Assembly: GCA_000002445.1 (NCBI GenBank)
Contig: CP000066.1
Coordinates: forward strand, 576,001-640,000
Reading direction: 5' to 3'
Length of the DNA stretch: 64,000 bases
From: Trypanosoma brucei
Lineage: Eukaryota
This document shows, one piece after another, positions 63,389 to 64,000 of this stretch; position 1 is the stretch's first letter; each line of letters opens with the position of its first letter. The notes beneath the pieces are model-generated. The model had not been told where the DNA came from. It was given only the letters and a program-made list of their open reading frames with translations, and searched no databases. The position numbers were made by a program, and so were the translations under genes.

Positions 63389-64000
63389 GCGATTAATTAT
63401 TAACATGACTATTGAAAACGCTATTGTGATGTTGAACATGGTTTACCGTTTCAATTCAATTATTTCACCACAACAATAGCCAAATAATACACGATCTACC
63501 AAACAAACGCAACAGAAAGGCATTCACCAACTTCAGAAAAAAAATTTATTCAAACGGTTTTCAAACAGTACATATCCTACCATTCCCACCCAAAACACCT
63601 CAGAAACTGTTGATTTTCAAGGTAAATCACAAATCGAAACATAAGCAGCAAACTACCCCACCCATACAAATACACGAGAATAAATGTGGTATAACAATAC
63701 CAGATAAGCTCGGTGACCGTATCCTACACCAAAATAGGTATTAATAACAATGTGAGGCTTGGGCACAAAATATGAAGGGCCATTGATTCCGCCTTTTTTC
63801 TTAGGGCAGAGGAGTTCTGTTCCCTTTCATTGGTGATGAGGCTATTATTATCACCCCAAAACCAGTTTTTTTTATCACTGCCTCTCCATGTGGATATTTT
63901 CCTTGTCTGGCGACCCGGCACTCACTTTTTTCTGCTTTTCTTAGGTGATGTTAATTGATTGCCTTACAGCCTATACCATTTATCTATTCACGAACGTTAC

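Noticed and set aside
63389-64000. 65-aa minus-strand ORF at 63724-63921 at the window edge
   Set aside because: It is short, has no recognisable features, and sits in an A-rich flank. It is more likely UTR or flanking sequence of a gene beyond the window.

Overview
This window reads as kinetoplastid nuclear DNA, most like an African trypanosome (Trypanosoma brucei-like). Genes are intron-less and densely packed in long same-strand runs. Each start codon is preceded by a polypyrimidine tract and an AG, as expected for SL trans-splicing. Intergenic regions are long, low-complexity and strand-biased. Three transcription units are visible. The first is a minus-strand unit at 1-9393: a TPR protein, a KIF-binding-protein homolog, an eIF3j-like protein, succinyl-CoA synthetase alpha, a BRO1-like protein and two hypotheticals. 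It ends at a divergent strand-switch region (9394-11857) that carries a GC-rich island. The second is a plus-strand unit at 11858-53539 with about 28 genes: Clp1 homolog, VPS33, DNAJC21/Jjj1, Zim17/Hep1, PACRG, CSN2, PEX2, DHHC palmitoyltransferase, PEX10, SPCS1-like, MORN protein, AGC kinase, PUF protein, Arv1, a PH/coiled-coil protein and others. It ends at a convergent strand-switch region (53540-55197). Beyond that is a minus-strand cluster at 55198-62956 of four signal-peptide, Cys-rich surface-glycoprotein-like genes. Three of them are clear paralogs with VSG/ESAG-like architecture. The most unusual observation is that this four-gene island is bracketed by a ~230-bp inverted repeat pair (54156-54386 and 63160-63388, about 92% identical). 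Each copy ends in a T9 run and has an internal hairpin. No tRNA, rRNA or CRISPR features were found. Several ORF-track entries begin at TTG or GTG rather than ATG, and I moved those starts to the first in-frame ATG that agrees with the splice-acceptor context.
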